64,000 bases of DNA. Origin: Gammaproteobacteria bacterium. Lineage in GTDB: Bacteria; Pseudomonadota; Gammaproteobacteria; Natronospirales; REEB76. Positions 37,206 through 50,025 of this stretch are shown piece after piece. Position 1 is the stretch's first letter; every line of letters begins with the position of its first letter. The notes beneath the pieces are model-generated. The model searched no databases and had not been told where the DNA came from. It saw only the letters and a list, made by a program, of their open reading frames with translations. A program made the translations under genes and the position numbers. The stretch lies in NCBI GenBank assembly GCA_049591455.1, contig JBAWFA010000012.1, positions 71,824-135,823 on the forward strand, in the 5' to 3' direction.

Positions 37206-38078
37206 ATGTTGACCCTGCACAGCGTTATTGAACTTCGCGATTGCATCAGCCGCTGGCGTTTTACCGGCCAGCGTATTGCCCTCGTGCCCACCATGGGCAA
37301 TCTGCACGCCGGTCATTTGAAACTGGTGGAACTGGCACGGGAACATGCCGAACGCGTGGTGGTGAGCATCTTCGTCAATCCCCTGCAATTCGGTCCCAGT
37401 GAGGACTTCAAGAGCTATCCGCGCACCCTGGAAACGGACAAAGTCCAGCTGCTGGCGGCAAATGCCGATCTGCTGTTCGCGCCGCCGGTGGACGAGATGT
37501 ATCCCGGTAACCGGGAGCAGATCACGCACGTGGAAGTCCCGGAGCTATCCGCCATCCTGGACGGCAAGTTTCGCCCCGGTCATTTTGTCGGCGTGGCCAC
37601 GGTGGTAGCAAAACTCTTCAATATGGTGCAGCCGGACGTGGCGCTGTTCGGCGAAAAGGATTATCAGCAGTTGGCGGTGATCCGCCGGATGGCAGCGGAC
37701 CTTTCCCTGCCGGTGGAAATCATCGGCGTAGCCACGGTGCGCGAGGCCGACGGCCTCGCCATGAGTTCGCGCAATCAGTATCTCGCACCGTCCGAACGCA
37801 CATTGGCGCCACTCTTGTATCGCACGCTTCACGAAGTGTCGCAGGCATTAATGGAGGGGCGGCGTGATTTCCAGAAGCTTGAATCCGAAGCCGTGCGCAA
37901 ACTTTCAGACGGCATGCGGCCTGATTATGTTTCCATCCGCACGGCGCGCACGCTGATGCCTCCGGCCGCGGGCACGACACATTTTGTGGTGCTGGCTGCC
38001 GCCTGGCTCGGCAAAGCACGCCTCATAGACAATATTGAAGTGCATATCCAGACGCGGGTGGAACAGAACAATACTTGA
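37206..38078 (+). CDS. panC: Pantoate--beta-alanine ligase
   Basis: VPTMGNLHAGHL, SIFVNPLQF, FGEKDYQQ. Confidence 0.9.
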   Translation: MLTLHSVIELRDCISRWRFTGQRIALVPTMGNLHAGHLKLVELAREHAERVVVSIFVNPLQFGPSEDFKSYPRTLETDKVQLLAANADLLFAPPVDEMYPGNREQITHVEVPELSAILDGKFRPGHFVGVATVVAKLFNMVQPDVALFGEKDYQQLAVIRRMAADLSLPVEIIGVATVREADGLAMSSRNQYLAPSERTLAPLLYRTLHEVSQALMEGRRDFQKLESEAVRKLSDGMRPDYVSIRTARTLMPPAAGTTHFVVLAAAWLGKARLIDNIEVHIQTRVEQNNT

Positions 38079-38135
38079 GGGCCCGTAAAGGGCAAGGTAA
38101 AATTGGCACTCGTCCCGCCAAACTTTGTGATTCCA

Positions 38136-38516
38136 ATGCAACTAACCCTGCTAAAAGCCAAGCTGCATCGCGCCCACGTGACCCATGCGGAGCTGCATTA
38201 CGAAGGTTCCTGCGCCATTGATGGCAGCCTGCTGGAAGCGGCCGGTATCCTGCCCTACGAGCAGATCCAGATTTACAACGTCACTAACGGTGAGCGTTTC
38301 ACCACCTACGCCATCCACGCCGAAGCCGGTTCGCGCATCATTTCCGTGAACGGTTCTGCTGCGCACCGCGCCAAACCCGGCGACATCGTGATTATCTGTG
38401 CCTACGCGCAGCTCAACGCCGCCGAAGCGGTCAACCACAAACCACGGCTTGTCTATCTCGATGAGCACAACAACATTGCCCGCACGTCCAACGCCGTCCC
38501 CGTCCAAGCCGCCTGA
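38136..38516 (+). CDS. panD: Aspartate 1-decarboxylase
   Basis: [16 protein letters not shown]...YEGSCAIDG (the self-processing G-S site). The start is set at ATG 38136. Confidence 0.9.
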   Translation: MQLTLLKAKLHRAHVTHAELHYEGSCAIDGSLLEAAGILPYEQIQIYNVTNGERFTTYAIHAEAGSRIISVNGSAAHRAKPGDIVIICAYAQLNAAEAVNHKPRLVYLDEHNNIARTSNAVPVQAA

Positions 38517-38640
38517 AAGCGAATTTTTTGTTCTTGCCTTCTCCTCGACCGGAGAGGGCAACGGTGAGGATGAGTTGACAAGTGGCTCAGTTGACTGCAA
38601 AGGCCAAAGGATTAAGCTGACACATTCTTAAGCAACCTGG

Positions 38641-39378
38641 ATGCGCATGAGCGTTCCCGCCAGCCACTCACCCTCGTCCCCCGGTCACGCCGAACAATTC
38701 CGGAAAAGCGGCTACACCGTGCTGCCGCAAGCCATCAGTGCTGAAAGCGCGCGCTTCATGGCGACGTATGCGCTGCTGCAACGCAACGACGCGGGCTATT
38801 ACGAGCGTGAAGACATGTTCCGCGCTGCCATCGGCCGGTATGCTGACGCCTTCAGCGAAACCCTGCTGCTGGAACTGAAATCATCTGTGGAACAGGCTAC
38901 CGGCCTGGAACTGTTACCGTGCTATTCCTATCTGCGCATCTACGGCAAGGGTGCGATCCTGCCGAAACACCTGGACCGGCCATCCTGCGAGATCAGCACC
39001 TCGCTTACGCTCGGTTTCCAGGCGCCCGCATTGTGGCCGCTGTGCGTCACCGCGGGCGGCGTGGACAAGGCCCTGGCCCTCACGCCCGGCGACATGCTCA
39101 TCTACCGCGGCGCCGATGTGCCCCACTGGCGCGAACCTTTCTCCGGCGAGTGGTGGGCACAGACCTTTCTGCATTACGTGGACGCCAACGGTCAGTACAC
39201 GGATTTCAAATACGATGGCCGCGAACGCCTCGGCCCCTTCGACAAACTCACCATGCAGCGTCATTTCAAGCGTCCGGCCAGCCTCGGTCAGTACGACACC
39301 ATGGCCATCGTGGGGCCCGACGCGCCTTGTCCCTGCGGCAGCGGTCTGCGCTTCCGCGACTGCCACGGCAGAAGTTAG
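38641..39378 (+). CDS. 2OG-Fe(II) oxygenase-like protein with C-terminal SEC-C zinc motif
   Basis: H-x-D (PKHLDRP) and a distal His (DVPHW) in a jelly-roll-like context. The C-terminal CPCGSGLRFRDCHG is a SEC-C motif. Confidence 0.6.
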   Translation: MRMSVPASHSPSSPGHAEQFRKSGYTVLPQAISAESARFMATYALLQRNDAGYYEREDMFRAAIGRYADAFSETLLLELKSSVEQATGLELLPCYSYLRIYGKGAILPKHLDRPSCEISTSLTLGFQAPALWPLCVTAGGVDKALALTPGDMLIYRGADVPHWREPFSGEWWAQTFLHYVDANGQYTDFKYDGRERLGPFDKLTMQRHFKRPASLGQYDTMAIVGPDAPCPCGSGLRFRDCHGRS

Positions 39379-39467
39379 AGAAGTATCTGGAAGTGCCGCT
39401 TGCTATAAAAATCGGATTTGTTCTTTAAGTGCCGTACGTTAGGTAAAAGTAAGCTATGCAGGCAACC

Positions 39468-40553
39468 CTACGCGGAGGTGGCACGTTTGATTGCATGCTG
39501 CTCAAGCGCCCAGCGCACATGCTCGCGCACCAATTCCGATGGGTGTTTAGCGCGCGCTTTCAGGGCGGCAGTGATTCCCGGTGAACCTGGTGCGTTGCCC
39601 AAGGCAATGGCGATATTGCGCAACCAACACTCATAACCAACGCGGCGGATGGCGCTGCCTTCAGTGCGTTTCAGAAATTCTTCCTCTGTCCAGTTGAACA
39701 GCTCCACCAGCCCCGCGTCATCGAGGCCGTGACGTGGCTTGAAGTCCTTTTCGTCAGTGGGTTGCGCGAATTTGTTCCAGGGACAGAAGAGCTGGCAGTC
39801 GTCGCAGCCGAACACACGGTTGCCGATGGCCTTGCGAAATTCAAGCGGAATAGAGCCTTTGTATTCGATCGTGAGGTAGGCGATGCAGCGGCGCGCATCT
39901 AGTTGATAAGGTGCGACGATGGCCTGGGTAGGGCAGACATCTATGCAGCTGCGACAGCTTCCGCAGTGCTCCGTTGCGGGCGCATCCACCGGTAGCGGCA
40001 GATCGGTGAAAAGCTCGCCGAGAAAAAACCAGGAGCCGGCGTCTTTGTTGATGAGATTGGTGTGTTTGCCGATCCAGCCGAGGCCGGAGTTGCGCGCCAG
40101 TGCCTTTTCCAGTACCGGTGCGCTGTCGGTGAAGGCGCGGTAGCCAAAGGAGCCGATTTGTTGCTGGATACGATCCGCGAGTTCTTGCAGGCGCGCGCGC
40201 AGGAGTTTGTGGTAATCGCGGCCCAGCGCATAGCGTGCGATATAGGCGCGATCTTTTTCCTCCAGTAATCCTTTGGCTTCCGTCGCGTCATGCAGCCAGT
40301 AATCCATGCGCGCAGAAATCACCCGCAGTGTACCGGGCAGCAATTCCGCTGGCCGGCTGCGGCGCGTGCCGTGGCGCTGCATATAGTTCATCTCGCCGTG
40401 CCGCTCCTGTCTGAGCCAGTCCAGTAAACGCTGTTCGTCTTCTGGCAGTTCCACGCCGCTGACACCAACCTGCTGGAAACCCAGTTCCCGCGCCCACTCG
40501 CGTATGCGCCCGGCAAGAGCAGTGAAATCCGGCACGTTTTCCGCCGGCCGCAA
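39468..40553 (-). CDS. queG: Epoxyqueuosine reductase
   Basis: 4Fe-4S motifs CGSCRSCIDVCPTQAI and CDDCQLFCPWNKF, plus a HEAT-like C-terminus. Confidence 0.9.
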   Translation of the reverse strand: MRPAENVPDFTALAGRIREWARELGFQQVGVSGVELPEDEQRLLDWLRQERHGEMNYMQRHGTRRSRPAELLPGTLRVISARMDYWLHDATEAKGLLEEKDRAYIARYALGRDYHKLLRARLQELADRIQQQIGSFGYRAFTDSAPVLEKALARNSGLGWIGKHTNLINKDAGSWFFLGELFTDLPLPVDAPATEHCGSCRSCIDVCPTQAIVAPYQLDARRCIAYLTIEYKGSIPLEFRKAIGNRVFGCDDCQLFCPWNKFAQPTDEKDFKPRHGLDDAGLVELFNWTEEEFLKRTEGSAIRRVGYECWLRNIAIALGNAPGSPGITAALKARAKHPSELVREHVRWALEQHAIKRATSA

Positions 40554-40558
40554 CGCGG

Positions 40559-42196
<1,638 letters not shown>

Positions 42197-42253
42197 GGAT
42201 GCCTCTAACGGTGATAGCAACACGCGGAGTCGCGTGTGTATTATGATGATTCC

Positions 42254-43723
42254 ATGTCGCAACTTCCAGAAGCACTTTATTCCGCAGCGCAGATGCGCGA
42301 GTTGGACCAACGCGCCGTCGCGTGCGGCATTGCGATTGAGGAACTCATGGCGCGCGCCGGTGCGGCGGCGTGGAAGGCACTGGAGAACCGCTGGCCGCAG
42401 GCAAGGCATATCGCTGTGCTCTGCGGCAGCGGCAACAACGCCGGGGACGGTTACGTGCTGGCGATCTGTGCCTTGAAAGCCAAGCGGCAGGTAACGCTGC
42501 TGAACGTGGGCGATGTGAAAAAGCTCTCCGGTACTGCCGCAACCGCGCGCAAGCGGTATCTGGCAGCGAAGGGTCAGGAACAGAAGTTTTCCGCGGCCTT
42601 GCCGGATGATGCGGATGTGATCGTGGATGCAATGCTCGGCATCGGCTTGGATCGGCCACTGCAGGATGACTGGCTCCAGGCCGTGCAGATCATCAATGCC
42701 AGCGGCAGACCGGTATTGTCGCTGGATATTCCTTCGGGCCTGAATACAGATACGGGTACGGTGATGGGCGCGGCTGTACGCGCCACGGCGACTGTGACGT
42801 TCATCGGCATGAAACCGGGACTCTTTACCGGCGAGGGACCTAACAGCGCGGGCGAGATCACGCTTGCGACACTGGATGTTCCCGCGGCAACCTACGAAAG
42901 CATCCGGCCATTCGCGCGCTGTATCGGCAAGGCGGATATACATTTGCCGCGGCGTGTGCGCGCATCGAATAAAGGCATGTTCGGCCACGTGCTGGTGATC
43001 GGCAGCGACCACGGCATGGGCGGCGCGGTACGACTCACTGCGGAAGCGGCCTTGCGCAGCGGGGCAGGCATGGTCACTGTCGCCACGCGGCCCACACACG
43101 TAGCGGGATTGTTGGCTGGGTTACCGGAAGCCATGGTGCGTGGCATGGATGACCCCGCCGATGTGGCACCGCTGCTGACACGCGCCACGGTCATCGCGAT
43201 AGGTCCAGGACTCGGCCAGGACGATTGGGGACGCATTCTGCTGGCGCGGGCCCTGGATACGCCGCTGCCGCTGGTGGTGGATGCGGATATGCTCAATCTG
43301 CTGGCAGCCCATCCGGTGGCGCGTGGTCAGTGGGTGCTCACACCGCATCCGGGCGAAGCGGGCCGTTTACTCAAACAGACCACCGAGGCCGTGCAGCAGG
43401 ACCGTTTTCAGTCGGCGGCGCAGTTGGTGGAAAAATACCGCGCCGTGGTGGTGTTGAAAGGCGCCGGCAGCATCGTGGCCACGGCGGATGAAATTCCCGC
43501 GGTATGTGTCTACGGCAATCCTGGCATGGCGGCGCCCGGAATGGGCGACGCGCTGACCGGCGTGATCGCCGCGCTGATTGCTCAGGGTTTGCCGCTGGCT
43601 GATGCAGCTCGCGCCGGCGTGCAATTCCACGCTCTGGCAGGCGACCGTGCCGCTCAAGCTGGTGAGCGTGGATTAATGACACGTGATCTGATTGCGGCGC
43701 TGCGTAATGTGATGAACCCATGA
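42254..43723 (+). CDS. nnr: Bifunctional NAD(P)H-hydrate repair enzyme (epimerase/dehydratase)
   Basis: YjeF N-domain (CGSGNNAGDGY) and C-domain (GHVLVIGS..GMGGA, GMGDALTG). Confidence 0.85.
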   Translation: MSQLPEALYSAAQMRELDQRAVACGIAIEELMARAGAAAWKALENRWPQARHIAVLCGSGNNAGDGYVLAICALKAKRQVTLLNVGDVKKLSGTAATARKRYLAAKGQEQKFSAALPDDADVIVDAMLGIGLDRPLQDDWLQAVQIINASGRPVLSLDIPSGLNTDTGTVMGAAVRATATVTFIGMKPGLFTGEGPNSAGEITLATLDVPAATYESIRPFARCIGKADIHLPRRVRASNKGMFGHVLVIGSDHGMGGAVRLTAEAALRSGAGMVTVATRPTHVAGLLAGLPEAMVRGMDDPADVAPLLTRATVIAIGPGLGQDDWGRILLARALDTPLPLVVDADMLNLLAAHPVARGQWVLTPHPGEAGRLLKQTTEAVQQDRFQSAAQLVEKYRAVVVLKGAGSIVATADEIPAVCVYGNPGMAAPGMGDALTGVIAALIAQGLPLADAARAGVQFHALAGDRAAQAGERGLMTRDLIAALRNVMNP

Positions 43724-44217
43724 ATGAATTTTTTGTTGCCGATGCAGGCGCCATGGGGAGGCTGGGCGCGCAATTGGGCCGCGCCTTGAACGGCGGCGCT
43801 GTGGTGTATTTGCAGGGCGAACTGGGCGCCGGCAAAACTACCCTGGTGCGCGGCGTGCTGCACGGCCTGGGTTTCAGGGGGCATGTGCGCAGTCCTACTT
43901 ATACCCTGGTGGAGGGTTACGAGTTCTCGGGGCGCTTGTTCCAGCATTTGGACCTGTATCGCATCCGCGCGCCGGCTGAACTGGAGTACCTGGGGATTCG
44001 GGAACTGGACGATCCGGATTTGTGGGTATTCGTGGAATGGCCCGAACGGGGCGAGGGCGCTGTGCCCCCGCCGGATCTGGTACTCGGTTTGGAAGTGCAC
44101 GAACCGGGCCGGCGGTTGAAGCTAAAAGCCTCAAGTGAACGTGGGCGCAAGCTGGCGGAAGCATGGCAAGCGGGGGTCCGAACTGCCCGCGAACCGGAGC
44201 TGGCATCGGGCGGTTGA
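43720..44217 (+). CDS. tsaE: tRNA t6A37 biosynthesis ATPase TsaE
   Basis: LQGELGAGKTTLVRG, SPTYTLV, H.DLYR. A 4-bp overlap with nnr. Confidence 0.85.
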   Translation: MNEFFVADAGAMGRLGAQLGRALNGGAVVYLQGELGAGKTTLVRGVLHGLGFRGHVRSPTYTLVEGYEFSGRLFQHLDLYRIRAPAELEYLGIRELDDPDLWVFVEWPERGEGAVPPPDLVLGLEVHEPGRRLKLKASSERGRKLAEAWQAGVRTAREPELASGG

Positions 44218-44280
44218 GGCGGTTTCTCAGGTCTCTCTCTAAGATATCGTCGTATCTTCATAAATTCATTCACAAAAACC

Positions 44281-44308
44281 TTGAAATTTCTCAGGGATGA
44301 TGTATAAC
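44281..44308 (+). promoter_or_regulatory. Possible sigma70 promoter upstream of the amidase gene (TTGAAA-16 nt-TATAAC)
   Basis: Hexamers were read directly from the sequence. There is no experimental support. Confidence 0.3.
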
Positions 44309-44338
44309 TACCCCATGTCTTCGCATCGCGGACCGGGG

Positions 44339-45565
44339 ATGAAAGTAGTACTGGCCCTGATATTGCTCTGGCCGGTGGCGGCGCTGGCCGCTCCGGTGAA
44401 CGTGCAGGGGGTGCATTTTGCGCCTGCGGCCGGACAGACAACCCTGATTTTCGACCTGTCCGGACAGGTGGACCACCGGATTTTCACCCTCAGCAATCCC
44501 AATCGCGTCGTGATTGACGTGGACAACGCACGCCTCACCGCGGTGCTGCCGGCCGGACAAGGGCTGGTGAAGGATTTGCGCAGCGGCGTGCGCGGCCAGA
44601 CCGGCTTGCGGGTGGTGCTGGACCTCGCGTCACACGCCACACCCCGCAGCGTGACCCGCACCGGAACTTATGGCACGCAACTAGTGGTGGATCTTTATGC
44701 CGAGGGTCAGCAGGTGGTACGTAAACCTGTGCTGACCGCGTCCAGCGCCGTGCCTAAGACCGGCCGCGACATCGTGGTGGCCATAGACGCGGGTCACGGC
44801 GGCATTGATTCCGGCTCCCGCGGACCCGGTGGCGGCATGGAAAAAACCATCACCTTGCAGATTGCGCGACGGCTTGCGGCGCTGGTAGCGAAGCAGCCGG
44901 GCTTCAAACCTTTCCTGACTCGCGACGGCGATTATTACCTCACCTTGCGCCAGCGTATTGACCGCGCCCGGGCTGCGCACGCCGACATCTTCATATCCAT
45001 TCATTGCGATGCGGCCCACAATCGCTATGCCGGCGGCGCCACGGTGTATGCACTTTCCCTGCACGGTGCCACCAGCGAACATGCGCGGCTGCTGGCGCAA
45101 CGGGAAAACGATTCTGATCTGCTGGGCGGCGTGAACCTGGCTGACAAGAGTTCCATGCTGGCCTCGGTGTTGCTGGACTTGTCCCAGACCGCCACCATCA
45201 GCGCCAGTCTCGATGTGGGTAATCGCGTGGCGCGTTTGTTGTCCAGGCTCGGACCTATGCACCGTGACGATACGCAGCAGGCGGCGTTCGTGGTACTCAA
45301 GTCGCCGGATATTCCGTCCATCCTGGTGGAAACCGACTACATCAGTAACCCTCGCGAGGAGCAGCTGCTTATGAGTTCCGCTTACCAGGATAAAGTCGCC
45401 AAGGCCATACTCGGCGGTGTGAGCAATTATTTCAATCAGTATCCGCCGCCCGGTACCGAACTCGCCATGGCAAGAACGCGTGGCCAGCAACCCATTGTGG
45501 AAACTGCTGTCGCGGGCCAAGCCACGGACTATAGCGTCGCCAGCCGCAATCAGCGCGGCCAATAG
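44339..45565 (+). CDS. amiB: N-acetylmuramoyl-L-alanine amidase with AMIN domain
   Basis: Signal peptide, AMIN domain (TTLIFDLSG...RVVIDVDNARL), and Amidase_3 core (VVAIDAGHGGIDSG, SIHCDA, LVETDYISN). The symbol is assigned from tsaE-amiB-mutL synteny. ATG 44315 is an alternative start. Confidence 0.85.
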   Translation: MKVVLALILLWPVAALAAPVNVQGVHFAPAAGQTTLIFDLSGQVDHRIFTLSNPNRVVIDVDNARLTAVLPAGQGLVKDLRSGVRGQTGLRVVLDLASHATPRSVTRTGTYGTQLVVDLYAEGQQVVRKPVLTASSAVPKTGRDIVVAIDAGHGGIDSGSRGPGGGMEKTITLQIARRLAALVAKQPGFKPFLTRDGDYYLTLRQRIDRARAAHADIFISIHCDAAHNRYAGGATVYALSLHGATSEHARLLAQRENDSDLLGGVNLADKSSMLASVLLDLSQTATISASLDVGNRVARLLSRLGPMHRDDTQQAAFVVLKSPDIPSILVETDYISNPREEQLLMSSAYQDKVAKAILGGVSNYFNQYPPPGTELAMARTRGQQPIVETAVAGQATDYSVASRNQRGQ

Positions 45566-45633
45566 TTTCAGCATCCTTTCTACAGCATCCGCAAGCCGTT
45601 AAGCTAGGCATCTGCCTATCCTTGCGGTGCCCC

Positions 45634-47397
45634 ATGCCCATCCGTTCCCTGCCGCCCCAGCTCATCAACCAGATCGCCGCCGGCGAAGTGGTGGAACGCC
45701 CTGCCTCGGTAGCGAAGGAGTTGCTGGAAAACAGCCTAGACGCAGGTGCCACGCGCATTGACGTGGAACTGGAGCAGGGCGGCGCGCGACTCATCCGCGT
45801 GCGTGATGACGGCGGCGGCATTCCCAAAGACGAACTGGCGTTGGCGGTGGCGCGACATGCCACCAGCAAGATCGCTACGCTGGATGATCTTGAACACGTT
45901 GCAACGCTGGGTTTCCGCGGTGAAGCCTTGCCGAGTATCGGTGCAGTGGCGAGATTGAGCCTCACCTCGCGCACCAGCGACGAGGAACACGGCTGGCGCA
46001 TCGAAGGCGACGGTCACGGCCATTACAACGTGCCCGCGCCGGTGCCTCATCCCATTGGCACCACTGTCGAGGTGCGCGAACTGTTCTTCAACACGCCGGC
46101 GCGGCGCAAATTCCTGAAGAGCGAGCAGACGGAATTCAGCCACGTGGATATGGTATTGCGACGCCTGGCGCTGGCGCGCATGGATGTGGCACTGCACGCG
46201 CGTCACAACGGCCGCCACGTGTACGCGCTCAATGCAGCAGGTCAGCAGCGCGAGCACGAGCAGCGGGTGGCAGTGCTGCTGGGCAAGGAATTCACGCTCC
46301 AGGCGTTGCATCTTACCCACACCATGACCGGTTTGATTTTACGCGGCTGGATCGCGCGACCCACGTTTTCACGCAGCCAGCCGGACTTGCAGTATTTCTA
46401 TGTGAATGGCCGGATGGTACGCGACAAGCTGCTGGCGCATGCCGTGAAACTGGCCTATCACGACGTGCTGTTTCATGGCCGGCATCCTGCCTACGTGCTG
46501 TACCTGGAGCTGGATCCGGCGCGGGTGGACGTGAACGCCCATCCGGCCAAATATGAAGTGCGCTTCCGCGATGGCCGGTTGGTGCACGATTATGTATTCC
46601 GTACCGTGGAAGCGGCCCTGAAAGACACTACGCCGCAACCGCCGGCGCAACACGCGCCGGCACACCCGGATCAGGTGCACGCTTCCGCAGCTTACGCGGG
46701 TGTACACACGCAACAACCCATGGCTTTGCATGTCGCGGAAAACATGGCCGCCTATGCGCGACTGCATGAAGCTCCGTCGCGGCCTCCGGAAACTTTGACC
46801 AATGCAGCGAGTGTGCCGCCACTGGGTTATGCGCTGGCGCAGCTCCACGGTGTTTACATTCTTGCCGCCACGACCGACGGCCTGGTACTGGTGGATATGC
46901 ATGCGGCCCACGAGCGCATCACCTATGAGCGCATGAAAACCGCGCTGGCATCCGGCCGGGTAACATCGCAACCGCTGTTGGTGCCAATAAGCGTGGTGGT
47001 GAGCCGCCGCGAAGCGGATTTGGCCGAATCGGCTGCGGCTGGATTGATCGAAACGGGCTTTGTGGTGGACAGGCGCGGACCCGAGACCTTGGTGATCCGG
47101 GAAGTGCCGGCCTTGCTCAAGGATGAAAATATATCGCAATTACTGAAAGACTTGTTGGCGGATCTGGCTGAAAATGGCAGCAGCCGGCGTCTCAACGCTG
47201 CACTGGAACATGTGCTGGTGACGCGTGCCTGTCATACCTCGATGCGTGCGCACCGGATACTCAATCTCGCTGAAATGAATGCCTTATTGCGTGAAATGGA
47301 GCGTACGCCGCGCGCCGATCAGTGCAATCACGGCCGTCCCACCTGGATGCGTCTGAGCATGACGGAACTCGACAAGCTGTTTCTGCGCGGTAAATGA
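45634..47397 (+). CDS. mutL: DNA mismatch repair protein MutL
   Basis: [33 protein letters not shown], and C-terminal CNHGRPT. Confidence 0.9.
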   Translation: MPIRSLPPQLINQIAAGEVVERPASVAKELLENSLDAGATRIDVELEQGGARLIRVRDDGGGIPKDELALAVARHATSKIATLDDLEHVATLGFRGEALPSIGAVARLSLTSRTSDEEHGWRIEGDGHGHYNVPAPVPHPIGTTVEVRELFFNTPARRKFLKSEQTEFSHVDMVLRRLALARMDVALHARHNGRHVYALNAAGQQREHEQRVAVLLGKEFTLQALHLTHTMTGLILRGWIARPTFSRSQPDLQYFYVNGRMVRDKLLAHAVKLAYHDVLFHGRHPAYVLYLELDPARVDVNAHPAKYEVRFRDGRLVHDYVFRTVEAALKDTTPQPPAQHAPAHPDQVHASAAYAGVHTQQPMALHVAENMAAYARLHEAPSRPPETLTNAASVPPLGYALAQLHGVYILAATTDGLVLVDMHAAHERITYERMKTALASGRVTSQPLLVPISVVVSRREADLAESAAAGLIETGFVVDRRGPETLVIREVPALLKDENISQLLKDLLADLAENGSSRRLNAALEHVLVTRACHTSMRAHRILNLAEMNALLREMERTPRADQCNHGRPTWMRLSMTELDKLFLRGK

Positions 47398-48338
47398 AAC
47401 CACTGCCTCCGGCGATTCTTTTGATGGGTCCCACCGCGTCAGGAAAGACGGAACTGGCGGTGGAACTGGTAAGGCAATTTCCATGCGACATCATCAGCGT
47501 GGATTCAGCCATGATTTATCGCGGCATGAACATCGGCACCGCGAAGCCTGACGCAGATATTCTGCGCATCGCGCCCCACCGGCTCATTGACATTCTCGAT
47601 CCCATTGAAAGTTATTCTGCCGGCCGGTTCCGTGAAGACGCACTTGCAGCCATGAGCGAAATCACCGCAGCCGGCCGCATTCCATTATTGGTGGGCGGCA
47701 CCATGCTGTACTTTCATGTACTGCAACACGGGCTTGCAGCACTGCCCGCCGCCGATGCGCATCTGCGCGCCGAGCTTGACGCCCGCGCCGCTAAAGAGGG
47801 CTGGGGTGCGCTGCATGCAGAGCTCCAGCGGGTGGACCCGGCCGCCGCAGCGCGCATCCATACAAATGATCCGCAGCGTATCCAGCGGGCCCTGGAGGTT
47901 TTTTATCTTACCAGCCGGCCGCTTTCGGAACTGCATGCGGCGGACGAGGTCAAACCCTTGGCATATCGCCTGATTAAACTGGCGGTCGCAACCGCAAGCC
48001 GTGCAGTCCTGCATGAACGTATTGCACAACGTTTCCGGACCATGGTGTCGGCAGGATTTCTGGAAGAAGTAGCGGGTTTGCGGGATCGAGGTGATCTTAC
48101 CCGCGCGCATTCGTCCATGCGTTCGGTGGGTTATCGCCAGCTCTGGGAACACCTGGATGGTGATTGCGATCTGGACGCGGCGGTGCAACGCGGCATCGTG
48201 GCCACGCGCCGCTTCGCCAAGCGCCAGTTGACTTGGCTGCGCGCGGAAGCCGGAGTGCATTGGTTCGAAAGCGCTGCCCCGCGGCAGGCGAACGAGGTTC
48301 GGGACTTGGTATCCAGAACGCTGGAAACGCGGACCTGA
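47394..48338 (+). CDS. miaA: tRNA dimethylallyltransferase
   Basis: [28 protein letters not shown], and a 4-bp overlap with mutL. Confidence 0.9.
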   Translation: MKPLPPAILLMGPTASGKTELAVELVRQFPCDIISVDSAMIYRGMNIGTAKPDADILRIAPHRLIDILDPIESYSAGRFREDALAAMSEITAAGRIPLLVGGTMLYFHVLQHGLAALPAADAHLRAELDARAAKEGWGALHAELQRVDPAAAARIHTNDPQRIQRALEVFYLTSRPLSELHAADEVKPLAYRLIKLAVATASRAVLHERIAQRFRTMVSAGFLEEVAGLRDRGDLTRAHSSMRSVGYRQLWEHLDGDCDLDAAVQRGIVATRRFAKRQLTWLRAEAGVHWFESAAPRQANEVRDLVSRTLETRT

Positions 48339-48435
48339 GGAGTGCTGTGCTACAATGTCGCGGTATTTAACACAACAGCAGACCTCTGAAATCAGGCGGT
48401 CTGCAGCAGACATAATTAAAACGAGGAGACGAGTC

Positions 48436-48693
48436 ATGGCCAAAGGTCAGTCCCTGCAGGAACCCTTCTTGAACACACTGCGCCGGGACAAAGTGCCGGT
48501 TTCGATTTATCTTGTGAATGGCATCAAACTGCAAGGGCAGATCGAATCCTTCGATCAGTTCGTGATTCTGCTCAAGAACAGCGTGAGCCAGATGGTGTAC
48601 AAGCACGCCATTTCCACGGTGGTGCCGAGCCGGCATGTGAACATGGTGCCCGAAGAAGAGGGCGGCGGTGCGACGGGCGGCGAGAGCGCCTGA
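48436..48693 (+). CDS. hfq: RNA chaperone Hfq
   Basis: [56 protein letters not shown] sequence precedes ATG 48436. Confidence 0.95.
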   Translation: MAKGQSLQEPFLNTLRRDKVPVSIYLVNGIKLQGQIESFDQFVILLKNSVSQMVYKHAISTVVPSRHVNMVPEEEGGGATGGESA

Positions 48694-48715
48694 TACAGCA
48701 TGCCGGGGCGGCGCA

Positions 48716-49999
48716 TTGTTTGAGCGTCCGAAGAGCGGTGAACGAGCCGTTCTGGTTCACCTCAATCTCGATCCCGCAACTGGCAACGAACTGCTCCAGG
48801 AATTCACCGAACTTACCAGGGCCGCAGGCGCGGAAGTGCTCGCCACGGTGACCGGCAACCGGCGCGTGCCGGAGCCGCATTTCTTCATCGGTGAAGGCAA
48901 GGCAGAAGAAGTGCGGGCGCAGGTGCTGGAGCACAAGGCCGATCTGGTGCTGGTGAATCACGCTCTCTCCCCCAGCCAGGAACGCAATCTGGAAAAATTC
49001 CTCAGTTGCCGTGTGCTGGATCGCACCGGCCTCATCCTCGATATCTTCGCGCAACGCGCCCGCAGTTTTGAAGGCAAGCTGCAGGTGGAACTCGCCCAGC
49101 ACCGGCATCTGGCCACGCGCCTAGTGCGCGGCTGGACGCACCTAGAACGGCAGCGTGGTGGCAGCATCGGTCTGCGCGGTCCCGGCGAAACCCAGTTGGA
49201 AACCGACCGGCGGCTCATTGGCAAGCGCATCCAGCAATTGGCGAAGCGCCTGCAACGCACGCGCGAACAGCGGGAACAAAATCGCCGCACGCGCCTGCGC
49301 CGTGAGGTGCCGACGGTTTCGCTGGTGGGTTACACCAACGCCGGCAAATCCACCTTGTTCAATGCGCTCACCGGCGCGGAAATGTTCGCCGCGGACCAGT
49401 TGTTCGCGACCCTTGATACCACCCTGCGGCGCCTCCATCTCGGACAGGGCTCCGAGGTGGTGCTGGCGGATACCGTGGGCTTCATCCGCGAACTGCCCCA
49501 CGATCTGGTGGCGGCGTTCCGCTCCACGCTCCAGGAAACCGAAGAGGCGGCACTGTTGCTGCACGTGGTGGACGCGAGTGATCCGCAGCGGGATACATAT
49601 ATAGAGACCGTGAACCAGGTATTGGCGGAAATCGGCGCGCAAAACGTGCCGCAGCTCGAGGTATTCAATAAGATAGATGTCACCGGCCAGCCACCGGCGG
49701 TGGAGCAGGGTCCCGACGGCAAGCCGCGGCGTGTCTGGGTATCGGCACAAAGCGGCGCGGGACTGGAGGCGCTGGCTGCGGCCATCGCGGAACGGCTACG
49801 CAGCGAAACGGTGCAAGGCTGGCTCAGGCTGGCGCCCGCCAAAAGCCGGGCGCGCGCGGCATTTTTCCAGTTGGGAGCGGTGCGGGAGGAGAAACAGGAA
49901 CAGGACGGCAGTTATCTCCTGCAGGTGCAACTGCCGCGCAGCGAGTACCAGCGCCTGTGCCACCGCGAAGGTTTGAGTCCTTCGCTGCTTGCTTTTTAG
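48716..49999 (+). CDS. hflX: GTPase HflX
   Basis: FERPKSGERAVLVHL N-terminus and G-motifs GYTNAGKSTLFN, DTVGF, NKID. The TTG start at 48716 is tentative. Confidence 0.85.
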   Translation: MFERPKSGERAVLVHLNLDPATGNELLQEFTELTRAAGAEVLATVTGNRRVPEPHFFIGEGKAEEVRAQVLEHKADLVLVNHALSPSQERNLEKFLSCRVLDRTGLILDIFAQRARSFEGKLQVELAQHRHLATRLVRGWTHLERQRGGSIGLRGPGETQLETDRRLIGKRIQQLAKRLQRTREQREQNRRTRLRREVPTVSLVGYTNAGKSTLFNALTGAEMFAADQLFATLDTTLRRLHLGQGSEVVLADTVGFIRELPHDLVAAFRSTLQETEEAALLLHVVDASDPQRDTYIETVNQVLAEIGAQNVPQLEVFNKIDVTGQPPAVEQGPDGKPRRVWVSAQSGAGLEALAAAIAERLRSETVQGWLRLAPAKSRARAAFFQLGAVREEKQEQDGSYLLQVQLPRSEYQRLCHREGLSPSLLAF

Positions 50000-50025
50000 A
50001 TTCAGTCACTCGGGAGTTTTCTGTC

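Noticed and set aside
38537-38565. Hairpin after panD as a terminator
   Set aside because: The stem is imperfect (one mismatch) and no T-run follows, so the evidence is too weak to annotate.
42197-43099. The 5' 300 codons of the 846-aa minus-strand ORF (40559-43099)
   Set aside because: This part is antisense to the well-supported nnr gene and is Arg/His/Cys-rich with low complexity. A good ATG at 42196 yields a complete 545-aa P5C dehydrogenase. The long open antisense frame is a high-GC artefact.
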